From Lama glama (taxonomy: Eukaryota), in NCBI GenBank assembly GCA_028534125.1, contig CM052817.1, positions 71,982,001-72,046,000 on the forward strand: a DNA stretch of 64,000 bases. Reading direction: 5' to 3'. Shown here piece by piece: positions 25,472 to 37,649 of the stretch. A program made the translations under genes and the position numbers. The notes below the pieces were generated by a model that did no database searches, had not been told where the DNA came from, and was given only the letters and a program-made list of their open reading frames with translations. The first letter of the stretch is position 1, and each line of letters begins with the position of its first letter.

Positions 25472-26364
25472 CTGTTTTTAGGGTGATGATGTCTCATAGA
25501 GTAAGCTTTCAGGGAGATGCCAGAGTCTTAGTGGAAGAAATGAGATGAAGATGGGTGATCAGCCAAGTAAAAGTGTTGGTAGCTGGTGTTTCAGGCTTTG
25601 CTAAGGTGAGACGCTGTGAATGCAGTGAGTGGCGTGGTTTCCTCAGAGGCACTCATTTCTCTGCACAGACAATACCACTCTTTTGAGTTTGGTGTTCTGC
25701 TAGAAGGCACAGCAGAAGTTTATGGATATGAGCAATGAGTAGAGATAAGAAAATACATGATCAACCATGAACAGTGAGGATTGAGGTTGGACAGGGGAGA
25801 GAGAGAAAGCAGAACACAGACACTTGGGAGGATGGAGGGCTCAGGGCTTTGAGGCAGTTAACAGAGAAGGGTGAACAAAGAAAGGGCAGGAGGGAGCTGG
25901 GAGGTAGAACCTCCTGGTTAGAGAGCGTTATTAGAGTGATAGGCTGAAGAGGCACAACCGTGTTGGGTGACAGTAGAGTTGACGGTGTTGAAGTACATGG
26001 CCAGGTTGGCTGGAATTGAAAACTATTCAATTTAACAAGGTCAAGAACTTCAGACAGGGAGTAACAACTTCTGGACTAAGATAAACTTTTCAGCAAGAAC
26101 TAAGGAAAAAGAGGGGAGGTCTCATGGATTTCCTTTATATTTCTGTCATTAAGTTATTATTAATATTAATTTATTTTAAATTATTTCAAAATTCAATCAA
26201 GATAAAAATTCATGATTATTTATCTATTTAATACCAGTTAATAATTGATTCAATAAATAAATAAATTACACTTATTGTTATTAATTTATTACTATTTAAT
26301 GTCACTGAAAATGATGATATTTTATTTAGCATATCTTATGGCTTCTTGTTTTGCTTTTAGCAGA

Positions 26365-26580
26365 TGGGCTGGAACTAGTGAGAGGTTTAGAATCAGAAGG
26401 CCTGACTTAATTCCCATTTCTATTAACTGCTAGTTGTGTAACCTTGAGGCGGCCACCTGCTCTCTGGGGGCCTCAGTTTTTTAATCTATAAAAGGGTATA
26501 ATATCTATCCTTCGGGTGGTTAGTGGCAATCATACACCATGTGTAAACATCCTTTTTTGTAAATCACCAAGTGCTAGGCG
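26365..26580 (+). mobile_element. MIR SINE
   Basis: tttagaatcagaaggcctg...tagttgtgtaaccttgagg...gcctcagttttttaatctataaaa. Confidence 0.8.
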
Positions 26581-27189
26581 AGACTCAATTGATGTGGTTG
26601 TTTCATTACTACTTGAGGATGTTGAACATAGCAAAGCCCCGGTGTCCTCTCTGAATCAGACTTCCAGCTTTTCTTTAGCATTCACTTGGCCTGTTGATCA
26701 GGCAGTAAACGTGTTAAGCAAAAATCCTTTAAAAATAAAATTTAGTAAACTATTATTTTACTGTATGTGTAAACATATACAATTTTGGCTGTATCTATAT
26801 CCTCTCTCACTATATATCTCCTTAAAAATTGTTATAAAGGTCACAGTTAAAATATTTTAAAAGTGGTTATTTTTGGATACATCTCTTTAGAGATAAGCTG
26901 AGATATTAACAAATTTTCCTGTATTATAAAAAGGCTGTTTATGTGCCAGGTATACCTTCTCTTATATAAGTAAGCTTTTATTCAGAAGAGTGATTATTAA
27001 TTAGTGAATTTGTAAGATGAAAATTTTCAATTTGCAAAAGGAGGCTAAGAAGTTTCCTACAAAAAAAAGAAAAGTTTCCTACATTTCTATGACATCACTT
27101 TGCAGCAGGAAAGAACTTCTTTTCCCCATTTGTCTCCAGGAGGATGTTGAGGAAGTATGCACTAAAAAAAAGGAGAATTAGAAAAGCCA

Positions 27190-27335
27190 GGGAAATATAT
27201 ACAAGATCTTATGGTAGCTCACAGAGAAAAAAATGTGACAATGAATATTTGTATGTTCATGTATAACTGAAAAATTGTGCTCTACACTGGAATTTGACAC
27301 AACATTGTATAAATCAATAAAAAGTGTTAAAAAAA
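27190..27335 (+). mobile_element. Short young L1 3' tail with TSD
   Basis: atgttcatgtataactgaaaaattgtgctctacactggaatttgacacaacattgta plus poly(A); TSD aaaagcca at 27182-27189 and 27336-27343. Confidence 0.85.
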
Positions 27336-27429
27336 AAAAGCCAACTAGACCTTTCTCTTGTTTGGTGGGTGGCAGATGGAGTTATAAGGAGGTGATGCGA
27401 AACGGTTCTGGAGGCGGGGAATGGCCTGC

Positions 27430-27545
27430 TAGGCATGCTACAGACGTCATCCTACAACATCCTTGCCATAGCCCATGGAAGTAGTTATTGCAAGTCCCCA
27501 TTTTGTAGATGAGGATACTGAGAAATAAAGAAGTTAAGGGAGGTT
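27430..27545 (-). mobile_element. MIR fragment
   Basis: ccccattttgtagatgaggatactgagaaataaagaagttaag. Confidence 0.75.
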
Positions 27546-27689
27546 CACTGATGGTGGAAGAAAAACCTTTGTGAACTTTGACACCAGGTGGAGCTGCAGA
27601 AGCTGGGAAGTGAGTTCATGATAAACAAGTTTATATTTAATCTTATGTTGAGATCAAAACTAGTAAATGAGCAATGTATTTTACATTAT

Positions 27690-27900
27690 AGAGACCAGAT
27701 TTAAATCCCAGTTAGTTGCTTAATACATGTGTGATGGTGGGCAGATTACCCAAGGTTACTCTGTACCTGAGTTTCCTCACCTATAAGAAAGGGAGGAAGC
27801 ACACTGCCTCCACCAAAAAGTTGTGAGAATGAAGAAAATGACTGGGAGAGAGCAAATATTGGAGTGCCTGGAAGATTGCAGAAGGTTAAAACATATTAGT
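27690..27900 (+). mobile_element. MIR fragment
   Basis: atttaaatcccag...tgtgtgatggtgggcagattac...ctctgtacctgagtttcctcacctataa. Confidence 0.7.
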
Positions 27901-30479
27901 CAATGTTCTGTTTTGTTTTTTATTTGTTTTTAGTGGCAAAACATATTTAGAGTTAAAAAAATTTGGCTTTAAAGTTTGTTTAAAATAATTATACACTGTT
28001 GGTTAGCTTCCCTGAATCAGCAGTCTGATATTTTGGTTTTTAGAAAGGGAACTGTACATTTGTAAGTTTTTCTAGGGGCTCAGAAAACATCTCTAGAAAT
28101 GTGTCCTTTGGACTCATGGACTACATAATGCTCACTAGGTAAGTGACAATTTATTCTCATCCCAAGCAAACCAATTATGAGGAAATAAATGTTCCTAGTG
28201 GTGTTCAACTTTGCAATGTGCAAATTTAATTTGGTAAAGGAAAGTAACAGCATGTAATCAGTGTTAACAGGAACCCAATATATAAACAAGTGGAAGCAGT
28301 GACTGGATCTTAACTAAACCAGGAACACAAAGCCCATCGCCAGCAGCCTCCTCTGCTGTTACGTTGCCGCTTCCTGGCACTTTGTACAATTTTATGGTTT
28401 TTTTATCTTGCCGTCTTTTGGAATCGTGATGGCACTTTTCTGTGAAACGCCTCCATTCCCCAGAGAAAGACAGCAGTCGTTTTAAGAAAAAGAAAATAAC
28501 ATAGCATTTTACCAGCTGGAAATAAAATAAACACAAAAGATTCCTGCTCATTGGATTGAATGAAGGACCACATGGCTGACAACATTAAATTCATTGTTTA
28601 ATATTAATGGTAAGCTTAGGTATGTAAAGCAAGACCTTCTATTATTCCTACATGAATGCATTAGAATCAGACATAAGTGAATCTCCAAAGGAGAGGAATT
28701 TGGTTCATTTTCCATAAGCACCAGGAAATTCAGATGCTTATTCAAAGCTTATCTGAACTACCTAAACACAGTTAAGTCTGCAGATCTTAGCAGAGCAGGA
28801 CTGCATATAAGATTGTCAGCATTTATGCTGCCAACTCAGACACAGATATTGAGAAGGAGACGTTTGCTGGTGTGCTGCTATTTCTAGATCTAACTGTTAT
28901 CATCAAACTAGTAATGAGAAAAATAAAATTCTTTATCCAACTCAGGATTTGAGAGTCAGTTCATTCCAAGTCCTCCAAGTGATAAATGACTTAGTTCATA
29001 TAGACACTGAATTGCTGCTCTTAGATACATGTTTGAGAAGTATGCAGTGCATTGTTTTCAAAGTTAACTGTGCAGATAAACACAAAAGACCAGAGTCCTA
29101 ACAGGTTCACAGAGTATATGTGTCTATCATTTGAGAAGGTAGCAAATTAATTTAATGACTGATTATATTCATACCGGCTTGCCCCTGTCACCTTCCAAGT
29201 GTGCTTCCTCCACAATGCAACTGACACACCGTGACAGATGCCAACAGCAGGAAGGTCTCACTATCTAGCGTGATTAAGTAAGGTTCAGAAAAGAGCAACT
29301 GACCCTCAAATAAAACTAGAAAAATTTGTTAACCATTTCTGGACATAAATGATGCTCTCAAAATCCTCTCTCAAATCTGTTCTTAGATGATCAAGTCCGA
29401 TCACCTCAGAAACATTATTTTGTTTCCCCCAAAAGTGAAGAATTTCTAGAATGAGCATGGGACAGTGAAAGGAGGAATATTAGATGAGTTGATTTATTTC
29501 ACAGTGTGAATGAGGCAGGCCACTAAGCAGTGTAAGGACAGCATACAGGGCCTCCAGTCTTTTCACAGACCTGTTAATTATTTGATATCTTTAAATAAAA
29601 AAAAACACTTCATTTGATTCTAATCAGAGGAAGAAATTATAAAATTGAGATTAATATTTAATGAAATATCTGCCATTTATTAATCTTAAATTTTATCATT
29701 TATAAAATTTCTTACTTTTGAGAACAATTTGCTGCTGACATTTTTTCCCCCTTTTTAAAGGGTCCTAAAATGTGCATGGTAATTGCTGAGAAATCATAGC
29801 TATTTGTCACCTAAATTGGCTTTTGTGGCCAAATACTTTTAAAAGGCAGATTGTCACAATCTTAAAAAACATTTATAGAAAAGTTATATTTAATCTGATT
29901 GAGGCATTATCTTAATATGTTAGATATAATATGGGGTAAGGTCTTCAAAAATAAGCGGACTGTAAGCCTGGGAATGTTTTGATTTAGAAAGAAATGGAGG
30001 AATCTTGATTTAAGAATGAGGCATTCTAGATGTATGTAAAGTGCTGGAAAAGTTTGTTTGAATGTTTATGTGCTTAGCAGCTACGAGGGTCTGAATTGCT
30101 GTAGCTACAACGACAAACCGTGCGTGTGGGTCATGGAAGGAGAATATACTCTTTGAATATATCTAATTAGTGTTGGGTTTAAAGTTTGCATATTTGTTAT
30201 TTCTTTCCATTTTTTTGGTATAATGTTTCCATTTCTTTCTTCAGATTTGTATATACTGGTGTAAATAACTCTCCCTTGTTTATGTCTTTCAGTAACAATT
30301 TTTCTTACAAGGGAACATATAGAAAGGTACACATCAAATTTATTTTGGAATGTCTTTAGTACACTGAGTATTTGCTGTCAGGAAGAGGCATGGATTGGAT
30401 TAAATCATTAGTGAATTATATCATGAAGTCTGTAAGTTAATTAAATATGTAGTAGATGACAATGACTTATGGTGGTATG

Positions 30480-30650
30480 TTAAAGCTGTCTTAAATTTGC
30501 CTGGTTGTTAAGATAATTTTAGGTTTTTGTTAAAAGAGAATATTTTCAGATCCCACCCCTGATCTTCTTCATCTGACTTTTTAGGGGAGAGGCCTAGCAA
30601 CTGAATGCCATTGAGTGATTCTTCTGATCAAGAATGTTTGATAAACATGA
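30480..30650. mobile_element. MER5-type hAT-Charlie DNA transposon
   Basis: ttttcagatcccacccctga...ggggagaggcctagcaactg...gtgattcttctgatcaagaatgtttgataaaca. Confidence 0.55.
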
Positions 30651-31349
30651 CATTAACCCAAGATTCTCAGAGAACTTTGTTATTTGGCCTGAAACTGGAA
30701 ATGCTTATTATGCTAAAAATCTGTTCTGAACCACTCTTGAATTTAGTCCACTTTTTTTCACTAGAGCATGTTGGTTATGTGGTTGAGGGCCAGTTAGTTC
30801 CCGCCCTTTGGTTGTGGATTTTACCCCTAACTCTGATTTGTCGTCTTCCACTCATGTGGAAAAGACACAGAGGAAGAATGAAAGACCTCATCAACAAAAA
30901 TGTGGTGAGAAAACTTCACTAAAGTGTGGAAACTCAATACAATTTCAACTCAAAGCTTGCACCGTCTTATCAGAGGGTCATTGTCATGCATGACAACAAT
31001 ACATTTAAGAATAGAACTTCAGTTCCCAGGAGTAGAGAGCTTATATATCTACATTATAAAAGGAGATTGGCAATATTTCTGAATTCAAAATAAAAGATAA
31101 GTCTGAAAACTAATTGCTTAAAAGGAAAAGAAGAACTTTAAAAACATGTACAACTCATCCTCATAATGTGATTATTATTATATGGGATAATATAAAATTA
31201 TATTAAGAAGTCAGGACCTCTAATACAAGAAACAGATGTTGAAAAGGAGGAAGAGGAGGCAGGCTGTCAAAAAAGAGGAAAGAAGTAGCAATAATTGACT
31301 TAATTTTCCTGTTAGTCAATCGTCTTATGTACAAGATAGCTCCATCTTC

Positions 31350-31590
31350 AATAGATATAAAGACATCATTCCGTCTTCTGGGGTCTTATAGAACTTTATG
31401 CAGACCTTTATTCTTGCATTTGTCACCTTTAGGATAGTTGTTTATGTATCTTCCTTATCAATTGTCTTGAGGTCCTTAAGAGAAAGACCGTGTTTTTTTA
31501 AAATAAATTTATCCCCAGGTAATAACTTTAGCTGATATACAGGAGTAGAACAATAATCCAATAAATGACCAACAGATTGGATGAAAGAAC
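31350..31590 (+). mobile_element. L2 3' fragment
   Basis: atagaactttatgcagaccttt...tgaggtccttaagagaaagaccgtgtt...tttatccccag...caataaatg. Confidence 0.6.
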
Positions 31591-32589
31591 ATGTGGTTCC
31601 TTTCCAAAAGGCTACTCAATACAGACCTAACCAGAAGAATAATTGTTCTGTATTACTGCAGTTAGCCCTATTATTTCAGTTGTGGTCAGTTAATAGTTCA
31701 AGAAGAATCCCTTTTTTTCCAGAGTGAATTTATTCAATAAAGTGTAGCAGTTATTCTAAAAATATTTAAAGGCATTAACCATTGGGCTTTTAAACCTGGA
31801 AGAAGCTGAGTGTCATCAAAAAGAAATATGGAATATTGAAGTTGAACAGGCCTCGAAGACAGTGTAGCATCATGATATTAATATTTGTACAAAGTGGCCC
31901 TCCAGTTCTGCTTCGGGCATCCATTTCCTTGGAGCCAAATCTGTTGGACTCTCAGAACATTACAAAGAAGTTCCTGATTTTGAATGGAAATCCCTCCTTT
32001 CTGACAGTTACTATCCTACTCTGCGGTGATCTATAAAGCAAAACTAATCCCTCTTCTACACTGATGACTTTATACATATTTTTAAAAAAGCACTCATACA
32101 CCTGCAAGGTTCCTCATTTGCACACTTTTTTGTGTATTAGAAAAAACATTATTCAGAAAAACATCGTTCAAAATCAGATTTGTCAGCAGGTGCAGTTCTC
32201 GGTGCTACTTGCTGTTGTCACTAATGTACTTGTAAGAACAGACTAGCAAAGACCCAGGAGTAGGTCGGAGGAGGCTGCCTGTAATGAAACTGAACAGTTG
32301 GAGTTCGTCCAGACTGAAAAAGAAAAAGGATAAGAGTAAATATTATTCTCATGGGTAGGTATCTGCTGCTAGTATTTCCAAAACTTTAAAAGCAGGGGCT
32401 GTTTCTGAAGGAGAAAATTTCAAGGTAAAAAACCAGAAATAGTATTCATACAATTTATATAATACTCTTCTATAATATTGTTATATACAATAGTATTTAA
32501 TACAATGGTCTCAAAAATTGGGGTAAGAATTTTCTAAGAATAATTATCAAGAGGCTCAAGAGTAATTTAGGTGCACTTGTTGGTAGCAA

Positions 32590-32880
32590 TAGATGGGTTA
32601 GTGATCAAGTGCATGGTTTATGGGTTTGGAAAGGCTTGGGCTAAAATTCTAGCCTCATTTATTAGCTGTATAATATTGGGTAAATTACAGAAGCACTCAA
32701 AATTTTAATTTCCTTATTTACAAAACGGGAAAGATGATAATATCTATAGTATAGGATTATTGCAAAGATTAAGTGGGTGTAAATTCATGTATATGTTAAA
32801 TGATATGAAATATATATGAAGCTTATCAAGGTGACTGGCACATATCAGAGACCCACAGATACTAGCTATTATGATCACCA
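32590..32880 (+). mobile_element. MIR SINE
   Basis: ttattagctgtataatattgggtaaattac...ataggattattgcaaagattaagt...gtgactggcacata...tagctattat. Confidence 0.75.
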
Positions 32881-35589
32881 TTGTTGCTATTATTGTCTTC
32901 CCAGCTGCACACAATGTAGGGAAGGCAGACTTCTGGGGGAGATGTGGAAGGACTTTAGAGAAATATAAGATGCCATTTCTCCCCTGATGCCTAGTCCCTG
33001 TGCCATGTTGAGGGACTTAGGGTCTAGTGACTAGACTCCAGTCATTATTTTCTTTGTTAGGCCCCCTCTTCTAAAATTTCAGGAACCTTACTTTGTGAAA
33101 CAGTCGATTATACTGAAAATAATCTGAGATTAACAGGTATAAAGTATAGGAAATTGTTTTTTTGAGGCTTTTACTTTCTTACAGCTTTATAGAAGTTTGA
33201 AGGGAAAATTAAAGAGTGAAGTGAGATTCTCACTGAGAAAAAACCACAGACTCTTTCCCAAAAGCCAGCAAAGGTGGTGTGGTCTTGGTCTGCCCCCTTC
33301 CTGATTGACTTAGACACTTTATTAGCCGACAGCAGGTCAAGTTCAGGGATCCTGATTCATGCCCACAAATCTCACAGAAAACAACTATGCAACAGCAGAA
33401 TACCAGTGCGTTATTTTACAGTGAGTAAAACTCAAGTGAATTGTTCATTTTTTTTTTAATGAATACCTACTCATGACCTCTCTGTCTGGTCATGTTACTT
33501 GAGAAATAGAAAGCATGAGAGGAGGTTAGTTTTATAATCGTGCAGTAGACTTATGTCTGTACCTGTGCCTCTTTTTGACCTAGGCTTCAGTGACTGACCT
33601 AACTCCTGTTTGACTAACTTCTTTCCCGTTTAAATATAATACTTAACCTAGGTTGCAATCAAGTTCTTTTGGCCATCTCCTCTCCAGTCCATTTTACATT
33701 GATTATACACCCTCTCTCCCAGCATGCAAGCTTGTTTCCAAGTTCTTGGAGCAGGGTGGGGTTGTGGTGGTGGTAGGAGTAGTAATCTTATTGTTAACTC
33801 TATTATCCATAGGCAATGCTGACAAATGTCTATGAAAGTCCTCTAAATATAATTCAATGTTAAATTAGGTGTGTAAACTCTTATGAGAGCAAATGGGCAG
33901 ATCACACAAGAAACAAGTAAAATGAGAATCTAACAATGACATCTAACTGCAATTTTTCTTAGCAGATGCTGTGGACAAATATAAATCATCCTATGTTGAC
34001 CATATCGGGGAATGGAGTGCTTTTCACTTATGTTGCATGTTTTGGTTGATGTGATTTATATGAGCTCCACCTCAAATCTTCTCTGGAGTCAGATACAGAA
34101 TTTAAAAAATACTACAAAATGTAGTTGTTTAAATAGCTTCTGTTAACAACTGCCATGAATGCCTTTCCATGCTAATGAAACTAAGGCTGTACATCTGGTG
34201 CTGGTCAAGTATTACATTTGGGTCGAACTAGGATGCAGGTAGCAGGACAAAATTGTTAACAGGTTTGGTCATTAAATGCAGGTCAGATGTCCTTTTCATG
34301 TTCAAGTTGAGCCTGGCAAGTAAAGGAGAAGACAATGATTTGTTGAATTTCTAAGTGTATACCATGGCAAGTATGTATGGCATTTCAAGTTGTAAACTTG
34401 GGTGATCAGGTCCGTGCCATCCTTCAACATATAAATTTCAGTTATAGTGAGTTGACTTCAAATAATTACTATGTTGTGAACGTAGTAAGTGCTCTGTACT
34501 TAATCACTTCTCATAATAAAAACACTTTAAGTGGGATTAAGGGCCCCAGATTAAGAGCGGTCCATTATTAGCAAGTGTTCACACTGCTAAATTGCACCTA
34601 GAATGTATTCCACTTCTCCCAAGAAACTTAAGTTATAAAACAAGAGACGTTATTTTGGCAGCAGAGGTGGCTGCATTTTGAATATTAATGCAATGATTTA
34701 CCTATTAAATGCACATATAGAGCAAAATATTGTTGTGCAAATCCACATTTTGACTGAATTTTCTTTTCTTTTCTAGACAGATGCTTCTAAGTGTTTGTAA
34801 AACCAAACTTTGGACTTTGAGTACAGCCCTTTCTCTCTTAAAAAAATAAAAAAAAATGTATATATGTGTATATATATATATATAAGCTTTCAGCAGGTAA
34901 TAAAACGTAACATTTATCATTTTTGAACGCTATTTATCGCTTTGTTTTATTGAGCCTCATACAAAAGCTCATATAGTCAGACTTCACTTTTTCATCAAGT
35001 TCCAAGCTCTCAAAGGTCTTGTTGCTTATGTGACATTGAGTTTCATCTTTCAAATAATCAAGATGCTTGAATGGGATGGATTAGTTTACTGAAATAGCTT
35101 CCTTAATCAACAGAGTTTTGTTTGGCTGCCAGTTATATGCTTTTGCAGAACTATTTGCTCAAACATTCTCTCTCTCATTTTAAAAATTTCTCAAATGGAT
35201 CAATGATGAGAGAGAAGCTAATTTGTTTGGGAAATGAGAGACTATTCCTCTGAAAAATATGTGTGCGTGCGTGCATGTGTGTGTGTGCCCCTGTAGGCAG
35301 TAGAGGCTCTTACAAATCTGTTAAGTGACAGATACACGTTTTAAGAGTAAAAGATGGATACAATACCAGAGCCATAACAACAGCTAATATTTGTTTTTGT
35401 ATTTTAGAGGATAATTTCACTTATAATATCTTTTAACATTAAAAATCTTTGTGAATTTGATTTTATCTTCATTTTACAGGTAATGAAACAACAGCTCAAA
35501 GAAGTTGAAATGCTTCTCTTTCTCTTTTTTTTTTTTTTGATGTCTTAAAACAAATACACCAGTGAGTATTTAAAGCCTTTTATTTTGGT

Positions 35590-35865
35590 CTCCTTCAGAT
35601 AACAACTTAACACTCCCTTCTACCTTAACTCTTTCAAATCAGTTTAGCCCACCAAATACTTACTTTTCTTATCAACACATCATCCCATGAAATTAGCTTG
35701 TATTTTTTGTAGTTTGAACATCTGCCCTCATTTGACTGTAAACTCCATGAAGACAAGAAATTTTTCAGCTCTGTTCAATGCTGTATTTCAGCCTATGGAA
35801 TAGATGCTGGCATATAGGTGATTCTCAACAAATAGTTATTGACTGAAAGAATAAGTGAATGAGCA
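35590..35865 (+). mobile_element. L2 3' end
   Basis: gactgtaaactccatgaagacaaga...ctgttcaatgctgtatttcagc...tgctggcatataggtgattctcaacaaatagttattgactgaa. Confidence 0.8.
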
Positions 35866-36404
35866 CCCAGTAGGTGCCTGGCAGTCAGCTGGGAGGTAGG
35901 GCTATGAGGATGGGGAGACACTCTGCTGCCCTCCATGAACGCACAGTTAACTTGGAGTAAATGACCTTGACTCTTCACTGGGTAGACTGAAGATGCCTTA
36001 TGTCTAGTCTGTTATCCCTTCAACTTGTAATTCTTCTCTTCTGTCCTCCACACCTCCTACCTCCGTGCCACACCAGGGCACCCTTGCCATTACGGTCCTT
36101 ATTTGAGTAGAAAAGTGCTTTATTTTATTTTGTTTATGTTCCATTCTTAGAGGGACTCACTCCTAGAAATTAAAGTTAGAAGTTTAGAATTTATGTCTGT
36201 CCGGGATTGCTAGAAATGAGATGGGAGTAGGGGTGGGGCCCAGGAGGCTGGTGTCTGCCCACTGTTATAGTCACTCATAGGTGTGTGATAATTGGGAAGA
36301 TCAGGTTAAGAATTTCTCTTTTCACTAAATGAGATCATACGTTTATGTTTTTACACTTATGTTCATGGGAAACACAATCTATTGTTCTGGCTGAATTGAT
36401 AATA

Positions 36405-36580
36405 ATAGAACAGGTTTAAACTTTCTTAATTACAGGTTGCTAATAGCTACATGCATCTGGGCACGCTTCTTAAGCTCACCGAACCTCTGTTTCCTCATGT
36501 CGTGTGGGGATGTAAGTACACCTACTCTATGGGAGTAGGTAAATGCTGGGAGCATTAAATGAAGTGACATGTGTTATCAG
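36405..36580 (+). mobile_element. MIR fragment
   Basis: gaacctctgtttcctcatgtcgtgtggggatgtaagtacacctactctatggg...attaaatga. Confidence 0.6.
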
Positions 36581-37649
36581 ACACCTCCATGTCCCACTTC
36601 AGATCACCCCCAACCCCGGTTCACCTTGTTCCCTTCTCACCTTGTGCTCAGTCCTGTGCAGGTGCTGCAGCCGGAAGGGACTCAGCCTCATGCAGGCGTC
36701 CCTTGACAGCGCCTCCCCGACACTGGCACCCAGTGCATTCGCTGCCCGCCTTGGATTTTTCCTCTTGAGGCTGAGAAGAGGGAGCCCTGGGACACTGCTC
36801 AGGGTCCCCGCACGCTCAGCCCAGAAACGTAGAGGAAGAAGTAGCTCTGTGGCCGTCCTTGACAACTGAAAGATGAGGACTAGGATAAAATCTCTCTCTC
36901 CTTCTGGAGGGGCAGTCTAAGATGCAATTACAAAACTTTTGGGAGGATGATGCAGTAACGATTAAGCAGTCAGCTTCACAGACAGGGGACCAGCCCGGTA
37001 ATACATTTTCTGAATGGCTTTACCTCCTTTACAACCTCCTTGCCTCTGTCCCTCGCTGTTGCTCCCTGGGGTTGCACTGCTTAATGGAACAGCAGCCCAC
37101 GAACTTCTGTGTCAGCCTTTGCTTTCTGAAGGCAATCTAAGACTGGATGTAAAGCCAGATAAAATAAGAGCCAAATGTCTGTTGTGATTATTATAAGCTA
37201 AGTCTAATATATTAGTGATCGCTGATGTCAACAAAAATAGGTACAGGGACAGTTTTGTTTAACCAGATCATTTTGGTTTTCCAAACTCTATGATCATTGC
37301 ACCAAATTTTTCTTCTGTTGAATATACTTTCAGTGTAAAAGACACATACCCTTTCTCTATATGGAAATGAATTTCTTTTTTACTGTTATACATTCAGTTG
37401 ATAGTGCACTGCTCATTCTCATCGCTTTCTTTGTTATATAAGAGTCACCAGTTATTTTACAGGCATGTGTTTGGAGTTTTCTAACAATGCTCTTTAATGA
37501 CAAGGATCATATAATTTCCATTTTTTTAATTCCACAAACTGCCTAGAGGTGTACCTACCATAGCTGATCAGAGTAATTCATTTTTATGAAGGTCTGATGA
37601 GGACCTTTTTGTTTTTCTAAATGAATAAACTGACTCATGTTTTGGTATT

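Larger units (their letters stand above)
22600..26050 (-). mobile_element. Long fragmented L2, interrupted by younger elements and microsatellites
   Basis: 3' end attcatttactcattcatgtatttttaagc at 22600, then L2-like purine-rich segments at ~23780-24170 and ~24380-26050 (e.g. agatctccagcagccagttaaatatgtgattctgaatcttggggaaga; tttgggagtcactggcgt). Confidence 0.6.

Noticed and set aside
36700-36730. CTCF site (also considered 8195, 34655 and 41556)
   Set aside because: Each matches only half of the core motif.
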